From: an uncultured Methylococcaceae bacterium
GTDB lineage: Bacteria > Pseudomonadota > Gammaproteobacteria > Methylococcales > UBA1147
Length of the DNA: 64,000 nt
NCBI GenBank assembly: GCA_964619885.1
Contig: CAZUGA010000011.1
Location: forward strand, 38,441 to 102,440
Reading direction: 5' to 3'
Positions within the stretch are counted from its first letter, which is position 1; every line of letters begins with the position of its first letter. This document shows positions 39,456 through 48,957 of the stretch, piece by piece. The position numbers and the translations under genes are program-made. The notes under the pieces were generated by a model. That model was not told the origin of the DNA, made no database searches, and saw only the letters and a list, made by a program, of their open reading frames with translations.

Positions 39456-40913
39456 CTAATTTCGTCCGGAACGGTCCGGCCGATCTATTCTTTCGGGCCG
39501 GTCAGGTCTGACAACGCGCTCCGGACGTTCGGGTCGCGTTGCGCGTTCTGGGCGTTCAGGCCGTACTGGTCTGTCTGGACGGTTTGGTCTGTCTGGACGA
39601 TTCGGTCTGTCCACCCGATCACCTCGTTCGCTTCGGTCAGTTCGATCTCTTCGTTGGGACCGTTCTGAACGGTCGGACCGATCTGAGCGTTCGCCACTGC
39701 TCGATTTTTCCGAACCGCTCGAATCAATATTGCGGCTCCCAGATGAATTAGAACCGGGAAATGTTAGCGTCTCGTCAAAGCCACGCTCGATGGTAATTCC
39801 ATCAACCTCTATGCGACCTTTTGTCGTCAAACGCCCGGAAACCCTTACCCGTCGTCCGGTTTTAATGGTTGATCTATCTCCGCCAATAATCCTAGCTTTA
39901 TCGGAAATGGAAAGATCAGTGAGTCCTAATCGCAAATTGCGACCCTCTGATCCCTGATCCAAGTACCCTTCTATATTAACCCTGGAGACCTTACCGCCAA
40001 ACGGGATAGGACTTTCGACATCCACCACTCTCGCATTGATTTGACCCTGCTCCAAAACACCCCGTACCGATACAACGTTATCTTTACGGACACGAGAAAC
40101 CGCTGATAAACCACGCAGATTAATCGGCGTTCCGTCGTCCACCTTGACAATTGCGCCCTCACGAAAAGACACCCGGCCACTGATACGGACATCTTTGGAC
40201 GGCGTTGTACGCTCGACTCTTGAGGCCATCACGGCGCCATTAGGGCGGCGCAAACCGCTAATTTTTACAAATTGCCCTTTAACCAGAGTAGCGGGATCGA
40301 TAGGTAGTATATTACCGTCCGTGACGATGCTGCGGCTGCCGAATCGAACGGATTGTCCCAGTACCTGGATCCGTCGCTCGGCAAGATTGACCGACGAAAT
40401 CGGGCCCGATAATGCGTGATCGACCCGGATATTCTGCGCAACCACACGACTACCCACATTTTTTGCAACAACCTGGACAACCTGACCAATCGCAAGCGCT
40501 TTGTGTGAAGCCCGCTTGCCGTCAACCTGAACCGGTGTGCCTGGATCAAAATGAACCTCGACTCCATTGACGCAAATACTGGCAAATTCCGAAATCGTGC
40601 CTAGCAATCCAATTGTGTCCCCGTCGGCCAAATCGCCGGTTCCACCGATACCGCCATCACCCGACCCATGGCCGGTGCCACCAATTCCACTACCCTCATC
40701 CTGGAGGCCTGTACCGCCAATACCTCCGGTGTCATCTTCATGCCCGGTACCTCCGATACCACCGTCTTGATTTGTATGGCCGGTGCCGCCTATACCCCCA
40801 GGTTCAAATCTACAATTGTCTGCTGTTGCTACAGTAGTCGACCCAAACAAGATAACTAGTACAAAACCAATAGCCCGTAGCATGAACCAAAACCTTTTAC
40901 GATTCACATCCAT
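39456..40913 (-). CDS. Secreted repeat protein: five GGIGGTG units, DUF5666-like beta-rich repeats, and an Arg/Asp/Glu/Pro-rich C-terminal tail
   Basis: N-terminal hydrophobic signal. GGIGGTGH-x4 repeats span aa 39-93. Repeated V..V......I.VLGQ.V...... modules follow. The last ~77 aa are DR(S/P)xR repeats. The DUF assignment is from memory. Confidence 0.6.
   Translation of the reverse strand: MDVNRKRFWFMLRAIGFVLVILFGSTTVATADNCRFEPGGIGGTGHTNQDGGIGGTGHEDDTGGIGGTGLQDEGSGIGGTGHGSGDGGIGGTGDLADGDTIGLLGTISEFASICVNGVEVHFDPGTPVQVDGKRASHKALAIGQVVQVVAKNVGSRVVAQNIRVDHALSGPISSVNLAERRIQVLGQSVRFGSRSIVTDGNILPIDPATLVKGQFVKISGLRRPNGAVMASRVERTTPSKDVRISGRVSFREGAIVKVDDGTPINLRGLSAVSRVRKDNVVSVRGVLEQGQINARVVDVESPIPFGGKVSRVNIEGYLDQGSEGRNLRLGLTDLSISDKARIIGGDRSTIKTGRRVRVSGRLTTKGRIEVDGITIERGFDETLTFPGSNSSGSRNIDSSGSEKSSSGERSDRSDRSERSQRRDRTDRSERGDRVDRPNRPDRPNRPDRPVRPERPERATRPERPERVVRPDRPERIDRPDRSGRN
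39459..39695 (-). repeat. Coding short tandem repeats (DRS/DRP/ERP units) at the 3' end of the repeat-protein gene
   Basis: Plus-strand runs such as ggtctgtctggacggtttggtctgtctggacgattcggtctgtcc. They translate to ...DRPNRPDRPNRPDRPVRPERPERATRPERPERVVRPDRPERIDRPDR. Confidence 0.8.
40635..40799 (-). repeat. Coding 36-nt periodic repeats (GGIGGTGxxxxx, five units)
   Basis: The degenerate plus-strand unit ggtRccRccRatWcc recurs every 33-36 nt. It is protein-coding, not a CRISPR array. Confidence 0.8.
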
Positions 40914-41751
40914 CCTGATCTGGCGAACAAGGTTCGGCGTAAAAATAAATACCGAAGTTCATCCGGTGTTCCGGTTTCTGCCGGATCGTACCGTTATCTT
41001 CCAACGTAATCGCTTTTCGGTTCAACTCCTGAAGCAGTGCCATCCCTTTGTTTTTTGCCAATCCGTTCAGTTCGGCAACTGCATCGACATTCAATCGATT
41101 ATAGTAAACGCTTCGCTCAAGAAACGCGGGCGCCGCACCCAACATATTGCTGACACCGGCAGCAATGTGATCATGTAAATTCTGCCCAAAATAAAACGCC
41201 TTTTCATCAAAGCCCTTTTCCGGAATGAAAGCGTTCGTGTTCAATATCACCCGGTCTCGTTCGTCCATATGCACAATACCCAGTCTCAACCATTCATCCA
41301 GAACGACACGCGAGCGGATGTCTTTGCTGACCGAAATAACCAAGGCTTCGAATGATAACTCGCCACCGTCTTTGATGAGTCGAGGCAACGAAAGCGGGCG
41401 GGCATTTTGGTCCTGATACTTGGGCAAACTGGTCCATTTTGCGACTAATTGTGCACCCAAAGAAATAGAGTTCGGCGCGACGTAATCGTGTCTCGCGTGT
41501 TCCTGTAAACGTTTTACATCCTTTCTATGCACACCGGTCAATAAGGAAATCCGACTGACCGACTGTTTCCTTCCTTCGATCACAAAGTCATCCGCCGCAG
41601 TTTCTACATACAACTTCTTTATTAGATTACAGAATGTCGCATAACCGATGCCATGCGCAATCAATAATTTGATCAATGGACGCAGCAGCCGACTAAGCGC
41701 ATTCATGAGAGATGAGGGTGGGGAACCAACGATTTCGATGCTATCCAGCAT
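40897..41751 (-). CDS. DUF6502-like protein with a probable HTH segment
   Basis: LLRPLIKLLIAHGIGYATFCNLIKKLYVE...SVSRISLLTGVHRKDVKRL. The family assignment is from memory. It overlaps the start of the downstream repeat-protein gene by 17 nt. Confidence 0.45.
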   Translation of the reverse strand: MLDSIEIVGSPPSSLMNALSRLLRPLIKLLIAHGIGYATFCNLIKKLYVETAADDFVIEGRKQSVSRISLLTGVHRKDVKRLQEHARHDYVAPNSISLGAQLVAKWTSLPKYQDQNARPLSLPRLIKDGGELSFEALVISVSKDIRSRVVLDEWLRLGIVHMDERDRVILNTNAFIPEKGFDEKAFYFGQNLHDHIAAGVSNMLGAAPAFLERSVYYNRLNVDAVAELNGLAKNKGMALLQELNRKAITLEDNGTIRQKPEHRMNFGIYFYAEPCSPDQDGCES

Positions 41752-41943
41752 TTTGAAATGCTCGCGTAGTTTGTGGGAATATTTACCACGATTGTATTGA
41801 ATTTGACTACGCCTGAATAGTCCACCGACAATTCTCCTTGATAATCACGTGTTGATTTAACAAACGGTGAAGACTCCTAATCATCAAGACGAAAACATCC
41901 AACAGACAAAACCTAGAACACAAACGTAGCACCGCAGTCAAGC

Positions 41944-43143
41944 TCATTCACTTCCCACCACCTTTTCCACAAACTCAACATAGCGGCGCGCTTTGCAATC
42001 ACCGTTGCTTTTAATTGAGCGGACAGCCTTTAACGCTTTTGCCAAATGCTTATGACATCGGTAAGTCTGCAATAAACAAGAATCCAAAGATCCTGCTGTT
42101 TTTTGGTACGCTTCTAAAAAAGAGCCATTGATCTCGTCAACCGGGATCTTTTCTGCGTCTTCGAAGTCCATTTCGGCGATAAAAGTAGCGGCATCCAATT
42201 CCGGATCCCCCACGCAAACCCGGTCAAAGTCGACCAGACCCAAACCCTGTTCCGATATTAACCATTGGTGTGGATGTGGCGCTCCGTGGAGCGGTTTGGG
42301 CGGCCTATCGGTCAATCGGTGGTTTTTTTCCAATTTGTCCAATATACGGTTGAGCTTATTGGCAAGATCTGGCATTTGTCTTGATAGTTCAGACGCATAT
42401 TTGGTCGTTCGCTTGAGCTGTTCGGCTCCACCAAATTTTAGGGTTGGCTTTAAACGACTTTGCGTGAGGCTCGCGGCGGCATTGCCGATACACTCGGCAA
42501 TACGGCTTCCTCCGGAACTAAATAGCTGATCAATCACAGATTCGCCGGGTACGGTCTGTTACCACAGTGTATCGGTGGATGGGTCCCAAGCCATCGGTTC
42601 CGCAACAGCAAACTGTAACTGACCATCATTCGCAGCCTCCCACAACGCAATGCTTTCCCGGTAAATCTGTTCACCCCTTTTGTCGGCAAACATCTTTCCG
42701 AATACCTGCCCGGAACGGTTTGATTTTGACACTCGAAATGTACACCGTTTGTACGGTCGGTAGCGTAATACCTCGAGGTCTTCGACATCTTCAAGCACTC
42801 CGGCCAGTTTAGTCAGGCAAGGGTCATCCGGAAACCTTCGCAATTGTAACCAGCCCAACGACGAATCAAAATATTGAATCGTTTTTCGGTCGGCGAGCGG
42901 TTGATCGTCAAATATTTCAACAAAACAAATGTTTCTCGAACATTGGGGGTGTTCGTAGAGGATCGCCGCATAGGGTGAACCGCCGGGATCCAATCGACCG
43001 AAACTTCGTTTCCAAACGAATGAATGATCCCAGTCAGGCCAACGTTGAACCGCCATATCAATTATTTTTCTAGACCACGATTTTTCGACCAGAACGTTTA
43101 AACGCTCTCTATAGCGCTCAAAGACTGAACGAGATCGCATCAA
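41944..43143 (-). pseudogene. APH/choline-kinase-fold protein gene split by an in-frame TAA, with a degenerate catalytic loop
   Basis: ORFs 42559..43143 and 41944..42537 share one frame, separated by TAA at 42559-42561. ..DTLW*QTVPGES aligns with ..KMLWQHSVPGVL of the paralog at 53912..55342. The catalytic loop reads HGAPHPHQW instead of HGDLHxxN. Confidence 0.65.
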
Positions 43144-44921
43144 CCGAGCCCTTCTACAACGGTTTCCGAATTACCATATTCTGATTGAGTCAATTCACCT
43201 GATTCCAAGATCAATACCTTATCGGCGCGATCGATTATGATGGGTTGGTGCGAGATAACTAAACAGGTTTTACTGGGTCGGATCTGATCCAGCGCGTTAA
43301 GTATTATTTTTTGAGACTTCGTGTCAATATTCGCCAACGGCTCATCTAGCAACAGAATCGGCCGATCCAACAATAAGGTCCGTGCCAATGAGAACCGAGC
43401 ACGCTGCCCCCCGCTTAAGTTTATGCCGTCCTCAGCCAAATTAGTATCCAATTCATCGGGCAATTGCTGAATGTATTGGTCCAAATCGACCAAACTTAGG
43501 GCCTGCCAGATGCGGGTATCATCCGCTGGAAGATCATGGGTCCATAGCAGCTGTCGGATCGTACCCGCAAATAGGTCATGTTGTTGCAACATGACTGCGA
43601 ACTGTTTACGCAGGGACAGTAACGCAATCTCCGGATAGGGCTTGTGATCCAGATAGATTCCACCCGACAAAGGTTCCAATTGCCTCAACAGAAGGGCAAT
43701 AAGCGTGCTTTTGCCGCCCCCGCTGGGTCCGGATACCACAACCAATTGACCTTTCTTAAGTTTAAAACTGATATCGCGCAGACGAAACGGGTCGGAGCTT
43801 TGGTTAGCGTATGCAAAATTTACGTTACGAAATTCAATCAGTCCGTCACAGAGGTAAATCGGTGTTGTATCAGAACAATTTTCGACCGGTGGAATTTCAA
43901 CGAACAATGCCGCCAACCGTTCTCCCCGACTAATTCCTCGGCTCACAGCTAACGCGAGTTCATTGATTTTCTCAACCGGCTTGAGCAACTGAATGATATA
44001 GGCAATAAACACGGTCATATCACCGACTGTAAGCTGGCCGCGCAGGACATAAAGGGCACATACACCCATGATCAATGCCACAGCGATGCCATTGACCACT
44101 TGCATCGCGCGTTCCATTCCGACCGCAACGCGGACTTGTTTAATGCCCGCCGCCAGGCTTCGCTTGTTAATGGCATGAAAATGCCGTTGGGTATGATTTT
44201 CAATACTCAGGGCCTGTATAGTCGGCAAAGCCTTTATAATTTCCTGGGAAAATCCTGCAACCACACCTTCTTGTGAGCGCTTTTCACGCGACGCTTCGTG
44301 CAAGCGAGCACCAAAAAATAGGACGATTAACGCCATGATGCCAACAATCACCAAACCGGCCAGCGCCAACCATGGCTCGATCCAAAACATGACGCCCATT
44401 ACAAACACAGACAACGTAAGATGCCGAAAGATTGTTGGAATGGTTCTGGTCAGCAATCGAACGAACTGGTAGACGTCACCGCTAATCCGAAACACCAGAT
44501 CACCTTTGCTGTAATTGGATCGCAGCGGCAAAGGTAAATTTTGCAATCTCTGCAAAACCCTTAGCCTAAATAGCAGCACTAACTTCTCCCGAACGCGGGC
44601 GCTGATTAGTTTATCGGCCGCGCTAAAAAGGGCCGCAGTCAACGCGATCAGCGCGTAGCTACAGGCGAATAGAATCGTCAGATTCGTCGCTGATGAATCA
44701 ATGCTGAACTCTGTAGACAGAACCCGTTGTACCGCGTGCAGTGATTCCGGTAAGGGATTCCCGGCCAGCACGTAATCGATGGTCAACTTCAACGGCCAAG
44801 GAAGAAGAACAATCGCACCCGCTGCGAGCAAACTAAGGGTATAAGCGCTCGCCAATTGCCAACGGCAAGCCCATAAATCATTCCCAATTAGCGTTGACCA
44901 AAGTAAGAACCTTTTCTTCAC
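43140..44921 (-). CDS. ABC exporter, fused TMD-NBD (MsbA/NdvA type)
   Basis: Six-TM N-terminal domain. Walker A GPSGGGKST, signature LSGGQRAR, Walker B LLLDEP. Confidence 0.9.
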   Translation of the reverse strand: MKKRFLLWSTLIGNDLWACRWQLASAYTLSLLAAGAIVLLPWPLKLTIDYVLAGNPLPESLHAVQRVLSTEFSIDSSATNLTILFACSYALIALTAALFSAADKLISARVREKLVLLFRLRVLQRLQNLPLPLRSNYSKGDLVFRISGDVYQFVRLLTRTIPTIFRHLTLSVFVMGVMFWIEPWLALAGLVIVGIMALIVLFFGARLHEASREKRSQEGVVAGFSQEIIKALPTIQALSIENHTQRHFHAINKRSLAAGIKQVRVAVGMERAMQVVNGIAVALIMGVCALYVLRGQLTVGDMTVFIAYIIQLLKPVEKINELALAVSRGISRGERLAALFVEIPPVENCSDTTPIYLCDGLIEFRNVNFAYANQSSDPFRLRDISFKLKKGQLVVVSGPSGGGKSTLIALLLRQLEPLSGGIYLDHKPYPEIALLSLRKQFAVMLQQHDLFAGTIRQLLWTHDLPADDTRIWQALSLVDLDQYIQQLPDELDTNLAEDGINLSGGQRARFSLARTLLLDRPILLLDEPLANIDTKSQKIILNALDQIRPSKTCLVISHQPIIIDRADKVLILESGELTQSEYGNSETVVEGLG

Positions 44922-45351
44922 CGGCCGGCCCCTGAGTTCTGATTAGTTTTCAAAAATAAACTCCGATAATACTAAGCCCTTTTCTTGGCGCTAAGACATC
45001 GTTTTTATCCATCATTGATATTCAATCCGGGTAGCCCTTCAATCCGTCCATGCAAAAACACAACGAACTTAACCACCATTTAATCCACGACCGGAACCTT
45101 ATTGATCGAACAAATATACATGTATATCCAACGTGCCTAAGGAAAAGTTCAAATCAAATCATTGAAGCAGCGGTCGGCGGGAGAAAAGATTTCAACATTA
45201 ATTGGATGACCAACCCAGAATTAACAAATGTGTTGAACTTTTTGGTCGTAAGATCAGATTAACGATAGTGACATGACTGGTTACTACAATGATCGTCGGG
45301 CCGCATAGTTAGCCAATACGCATCGTTCCAAATCCGGTAGTTTGCGACCCT

Positions 45352-47313
45352 ATGAATAACAACAAGAACAAGCATTTATATGGATCCTTCAGCCCAATTA
45401 GTTTTAATCTAGAATTGAATAGAACTCATTCCGCCACCAATCGTCCTAAAAATTGGCTGCATTTTCGAATAGGTGGATTTGGTTTCCATCTGCTGTCATT
45501 GTTTATCGTAATAGGGTTATTTATCGAATCCGCCCATGCCGTCAACTTGCTTAACAGGCGAATTAAGGCAACCGGAATTCTAAAAGACGGCAAAGTTGTC
45601 GTTTACAAATTTAAATATCGAAAGGTTAGCCGGGACGCGAGAGCCGGCCGGGTGAATGGACAAATCCAACAACTCAACCTAACAGACAAAACCCTGTCTA
45701 TTGGCCCTGTCACCGTTGAGTGGAATTCGCGTACGCGGTTTGACCAGATTGCCGAAACTGGACTAGAAGATGGCATGGCGATCAAGGTCGTCGGCATCAT
45801 TTCTTCAAAAGGCCGGATTCTAGCCAAGCAATTCGAACCTGGATCGTCGGAAATCGTCGACGATAAAACGATTCAAGTTCTGGGGACCATCAGCGATGTT
45901 GAAACACTTCCGGATGGCGCCCTATTGGCTAATGTCATGGGATTTCCGGTACTCATTTCGGCGAGGCAAGTATCCCCAGCGTTGCTGCTGACGCGAAAAC
46001 AGGATGACCGCCGACCGGACCAACAACGGAAAATCGAATTGTTCGGCCGACCGCTTACCATCGGTGGAGAAATCGGCGTGACGCCACGATACCGGGGAAA
46101 CTTCAACCTAGACCCAAATCGAAATCGCGATCGGGTTCGGTTGGATACGCAGGCGGAAGTGGAACTATTTTACCCTTGGAGTGCCAATATCGCGTTCTTT
46201 CTCGAAGGACAGGCATCCTATGAACAAAATCTGTACCGTGGGAATTCGTCTCGATTAGGGTCTGAGGCCTTGCTACGGCGCGGCCAAATGTGGGCATTTT
46301 GGGGCGATATAGAAAACAGCGGGGTCAGCCTGCAAGTGGGTCGGCAAAACTTCCGCGAACGTCGGGAATGGTGGTGGGACAATGATCTAGACGCGGTTCG
46401 GATCTTTTACGACCAACCGTTTATCCATGCCGAAGCCGGAATTTCCCAACAACTTTTTCCGGTGTCTACTGCAGACGACGGAATCCCCTCAGACGAAGAG
46501 GGTATCTTGCGCGTATTATCACATGTCAATTGGCTATGGACCTCAAAGCAAGAATTAGCCCTATTTTTTCTGTATCAGGACGATCATTCCTCAAGACCCG
46601 CATTGCGAGACCGTGTTAGCGATGATCGGGTCGACCCGGTCGACGGCGACTTTACCTGGCTAGGGATCCGTACATTCAACAGATTTGCAAGCTCGGATTT
46701 CGGGGAATTTGATTTTTGGGCCGACACGGTTTGGATAGACGGTGAAGAAATCACGTTTGATTTCGATGACTCGAATACCCCCGGCTTTTCTCAAGTTGAC
46801 GCCATCGCCGAAAGGCATATCAGCGGGTGGGCTCTGGATCTGGGTTTAATCTGGGAGATCCCAGTGTCGTGGAGACCCGCGTTAACCTTCGGCTATGCAG
46901 TCGGAACACGAGATTTCAGGCAAACCGGCTTGCAGGATAACAACAATCGATTTCGCTCGGTCAGCCGATTTCGATATTACGGTGAATTGCTGCGCCCCGA
47001 GCTGTCGAATCTGCACATTTGGACCGTGGCCCTTACCCTTCCCATTTTGCAAAATAGTTCCGTGACCGCGCTCTACCACTATTATCGACAGGTTGAACCA
47101 CGACCATTTCTGAGGGACGGGCGCCTCAATGCCGATCCTAACGGGATCAGCCCTTCGATCGGACACGAATGGGATTTGGTCATCGGTTTAGAAGAATGGC
47201 AAAACTGGGAATTCGAATTGGTCACCGCCGTCTTCAAAGCGGATTCTGCGTACGGTTCGCTTTCGGGAAATATCGCGGTGAACGCTGTTTTTAAAATCAA
47301 TTACAACTTTTAG
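45352..47313 (+). CDS. Outer-membrane alginate-export (AlgE-like) beta-barrel with an N-terminal DUF5666-like domain
   Basis: Hydrophobic signal ..LLSLFIVIGLFIESAHA. N-terminal modules (VNGQIQQLNLTDKTLSIGPVTVEWNSRTRF...AIKVVG) resemble those in the 39456..40913 protein. The barrel part carries LQVGRQNFRERREWWWDNDLDAVRIFY, typical of Alginate_exp, and ends in F. The start codon is uncertain. Confidence 0.58.
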   Translation: MNNNKNKHLYGSFSPISFNLELNRTHSATNRPKNWLHFRIGGFGFHLLSLFIVIGLFIESAHAVNLLNRRIKATGILKDGKVVVYKFKYRKVSRDARAGRVNGQIQQLNLTDKTLSIGPVTVEWNSRTRFDQIAETGLEDGMAIKVVGIISSKGRILAKQFEPGSSEIVDDKTIQVLGTISDVETLPDGALLANVMGFPVLISARQVSPALLLTRKQDDRRPDQQRKIELFGRPLTIGGEIGVTPRYRGNFNLDPNRNRDRVRLDTQAEVELFYPWSANIAFFLEGQASYEQNLYRGNSSRLGSEALLRRGQMWAFWGDIENSGVSLQVGRQNFRERREWWWDNDLDAVRIFYDQPFIHAEAGISQQLFPVSTADDGIPSDEEGILRVLSHVNWLWTSKQELALFFLYQDDHSSRPALRDRVSDDRVDPVDGDFTWLGIRTFNRFASSDFGEFDFWADTVWIDGEEITFDFDDSNTPGFSQVDAIAERHISGWALDLGLIWEIPVSWRPALTFGYAVGTRDFRQTGLQDNNNRFRSVSRFRYYGELLRPELSNLHIWTVALTLPILQNSSVTALYHYYRQVEPRPFLRDGRLNADPNGISPSIGHEWDLVIGLEEWQNWEFELVTAVFKADSAYGSLSGNIAVNAVFKINYNF

Positions 47314-47355
47314 ACATAACTATCGCCAACGGTTGAATTTGAGCTGTACTAATCA

Positions 47356-48957
47356 ATGGAAGCTAAGAAAGAGATAACCACACCACATTCAATAGCACTA
47401 TTTCCAGGTGCTTTTCGGCCCCCGCACGCAAATCACTATGAAACGGTCGAAATGCTGTGCGCACGCCAGGACATCGACGAAGTTGTCGTAATTGTGACAA
47501 ATCGATGTCGAAATTTGCCGGGAAGCTCAATGGTACTGGACGTGGATATCGCACTGAAGATTTGGTCCATTTATTTGGAGGGCCTCCCCAAGGCACGCGT
47601 AGAACTCGCCGTAACCAGCGCTGTGAAGCATGCGCTCGGTTATTTCGAGCGGATAAATCCGGGAACCACTCTATTTTTTTGCGCTGGCGAACGTGATCTT
47701 AAACAAGGCGACGGACGTTTCAAAAAAATCGAAAATTTGGCAAACAAGTACACGGTTAACGCTTTACTCATCCCCGGCAGCCCGAGTGTTGTTCCGTTTA
47801 GAGCAACCCAACTGAGAGAAATGCTCTTGGTCGGAGGCGAAAGCCGCAAGACTTTTATTTCCGCGCTTCCGCGTCACCTTAAACCTGTACAAAAAGAAGA
47901 AATCTGGTCAATCTGTCAACAAGGAATAAAACAGCGTTGCGTTGTCGTTCAGCAAAAAATCTTGGATCTCGCACTAAAAAAAGGATTGGGCAAAATAACT
48001 GAAATTCAAGTTGCGAAACCTGGAAAAACGGACCAAGTTTTTCGCGTCCAGTACGAACATGGACCCACTCATTTCGTCAAATATGCCCACGATACCGAAA
48101 AAGCAGCAGAGATCGGCAAAGCTTTGAGTCTCAAACCGAAAAAAAGATTGAAAACAGAACTCAATGCCATCAAGTGGATACGAGCAAACCAATTTAAGGG
48201 TATCGAGTTTCCCGACGTCGTCAACTACGACCGAGAAACAAAAACTCTGATGTTGTCGGAAGTCTGTCCCGGCGGTCATTCGTTGCAAGATGAATTAGAC
48301 CGAGGCTTGTTCGACCCAAAAAAGGCAAGGCAAGCTAGCCGGTTTCTGGCTCAATGTAGTGCATCCACAATAGAAATGGAACCGCTTTGGGATGAAAAAG
48401 AAGCAGACCTTCTTCATTGGCGTGCGATGCTCGCGTTAAGAACAACCGATATCGAATTAGCACAAGGTTCGGGGCAGAGCAGCCGCGACCTGGAAATCCT
48501 CATGCGCGAATCCGATGACGCCAGGCGGAATCGGTTTGTGCATCTGGACTACTGTCCTAATAATATCTTGTTCCGAGGCGGAAGTATCGGGGTCATCGAC
48601 TTTGAACTCAGCTCAAGCGAAGGCGATCCAGCTTACGACCTTGGCTTCTTTTTGAGTCACTACATTATTGCTGGTAGCCTGCATCCCTCTTCAAAATGTT
48701 CCTGCGAATCGGCGATACAAGAAACGCTATGCGCGTACAGGGAAGAAGTCGGCGATTATTGGATCAGCCTGCCACGAGTTACCGCGTTCGCCGGGGCAAG
48801 CATTTTATACAACTTGTCAAAAGAACGTCCAGCAGCCACGTCGGACGCTAACAACAAATTGCTGCGCATAGCGACCTACCTGTTGGCCAAAAGTCTACAC
48901 AGCAGCGGCGACAAAGAGCGAATTCTACTCGATGCCGTCACCGAAGAATTTTTGTAA
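47356..48957 (+). CDS. Fusion protein: cytidylyltransferase-like (HxGH) nucleotidyltransferase domain plus an APH/choline-kinase-fold domain
   Basis: N-terminus ALFPGAFRPPHANHYETVEML (GxFxPxHxxH motif). The C-terminus has FVHLDYCPNNILF and VIDFELSSSEGDPAYDLG (Brenner and DFx motifs). Confidence 0.7.
   Translation: MEAKKEITTPHSIALFPGAFRPPHANHYETVEMLCARQDIDEVVVIVTNRCRNLPGSSMVLDVDIALKIWSIYLEGLPKARVELAVTSAVKHALGYFERINPGTTLFFCAGERDLKQGDGRFKKIENLANKYTVNALLIPGSPSVVPFRATQLREMLLVGGESRKTFISALPRHLKPVQKEEIWSICQQGIKQRCVVVQQKILDLALKKGLGKITEIQVAKPGKTDQVFRVQYEHGPTHFVKYAHDTEKAAEIGKALSLKPKKRLKTELNAIKWIRANQFKGIEFPDVVNYDRETKTLMLSEVCPGGHSLQDELDRGLFDPKKARQASRFLAQCSASTIEMEPLWDEKEADLLHWRAMLALRTTDIELAQGSGQSSRDLEILMRESDDARRNRFVHLDYCPNNILFRGGSIGVIDFELSSSEGDPAYDLGFFLSHYIIAGSLHPSSKCSCESAIQETLCAYREEVGDYWISLPRVTAFAGASILYNLSKERPAATSDANNKLLRIATYLLAKSLHSSGDKERILLDAVTEEFL

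Noticed and set aside
40635-40799. Regularly spaced ~36-nt repeats that could be mistaken for a CRISPR array
   Set aside because: The repeats are degenerate and in frame. They encode GGIGGTG units within a long ORF, and there are no unique spacers or cas genes.
28299-43143. Stop-codon reassignment as an explanation for the several in-frame TAA/TAG codons (TPR remnant, IS6 copy A, kinase-fold gene)
   Set aside because: Conserved housekeeping genes in the same window end at TAA/TAG/TGA at the expected positions. The affected genes are accessory or mobile, so pseudogenisation is the simpler reading.
45050-45262. 70-aa ORF in the divergent ABC/porin control region. Similar cases are 49017..49325, 50784..51074 and 51603..51875.
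   Set aside because: They are intergenic ORFs without an RBS, signal peptide or motif, and are likely spurious.
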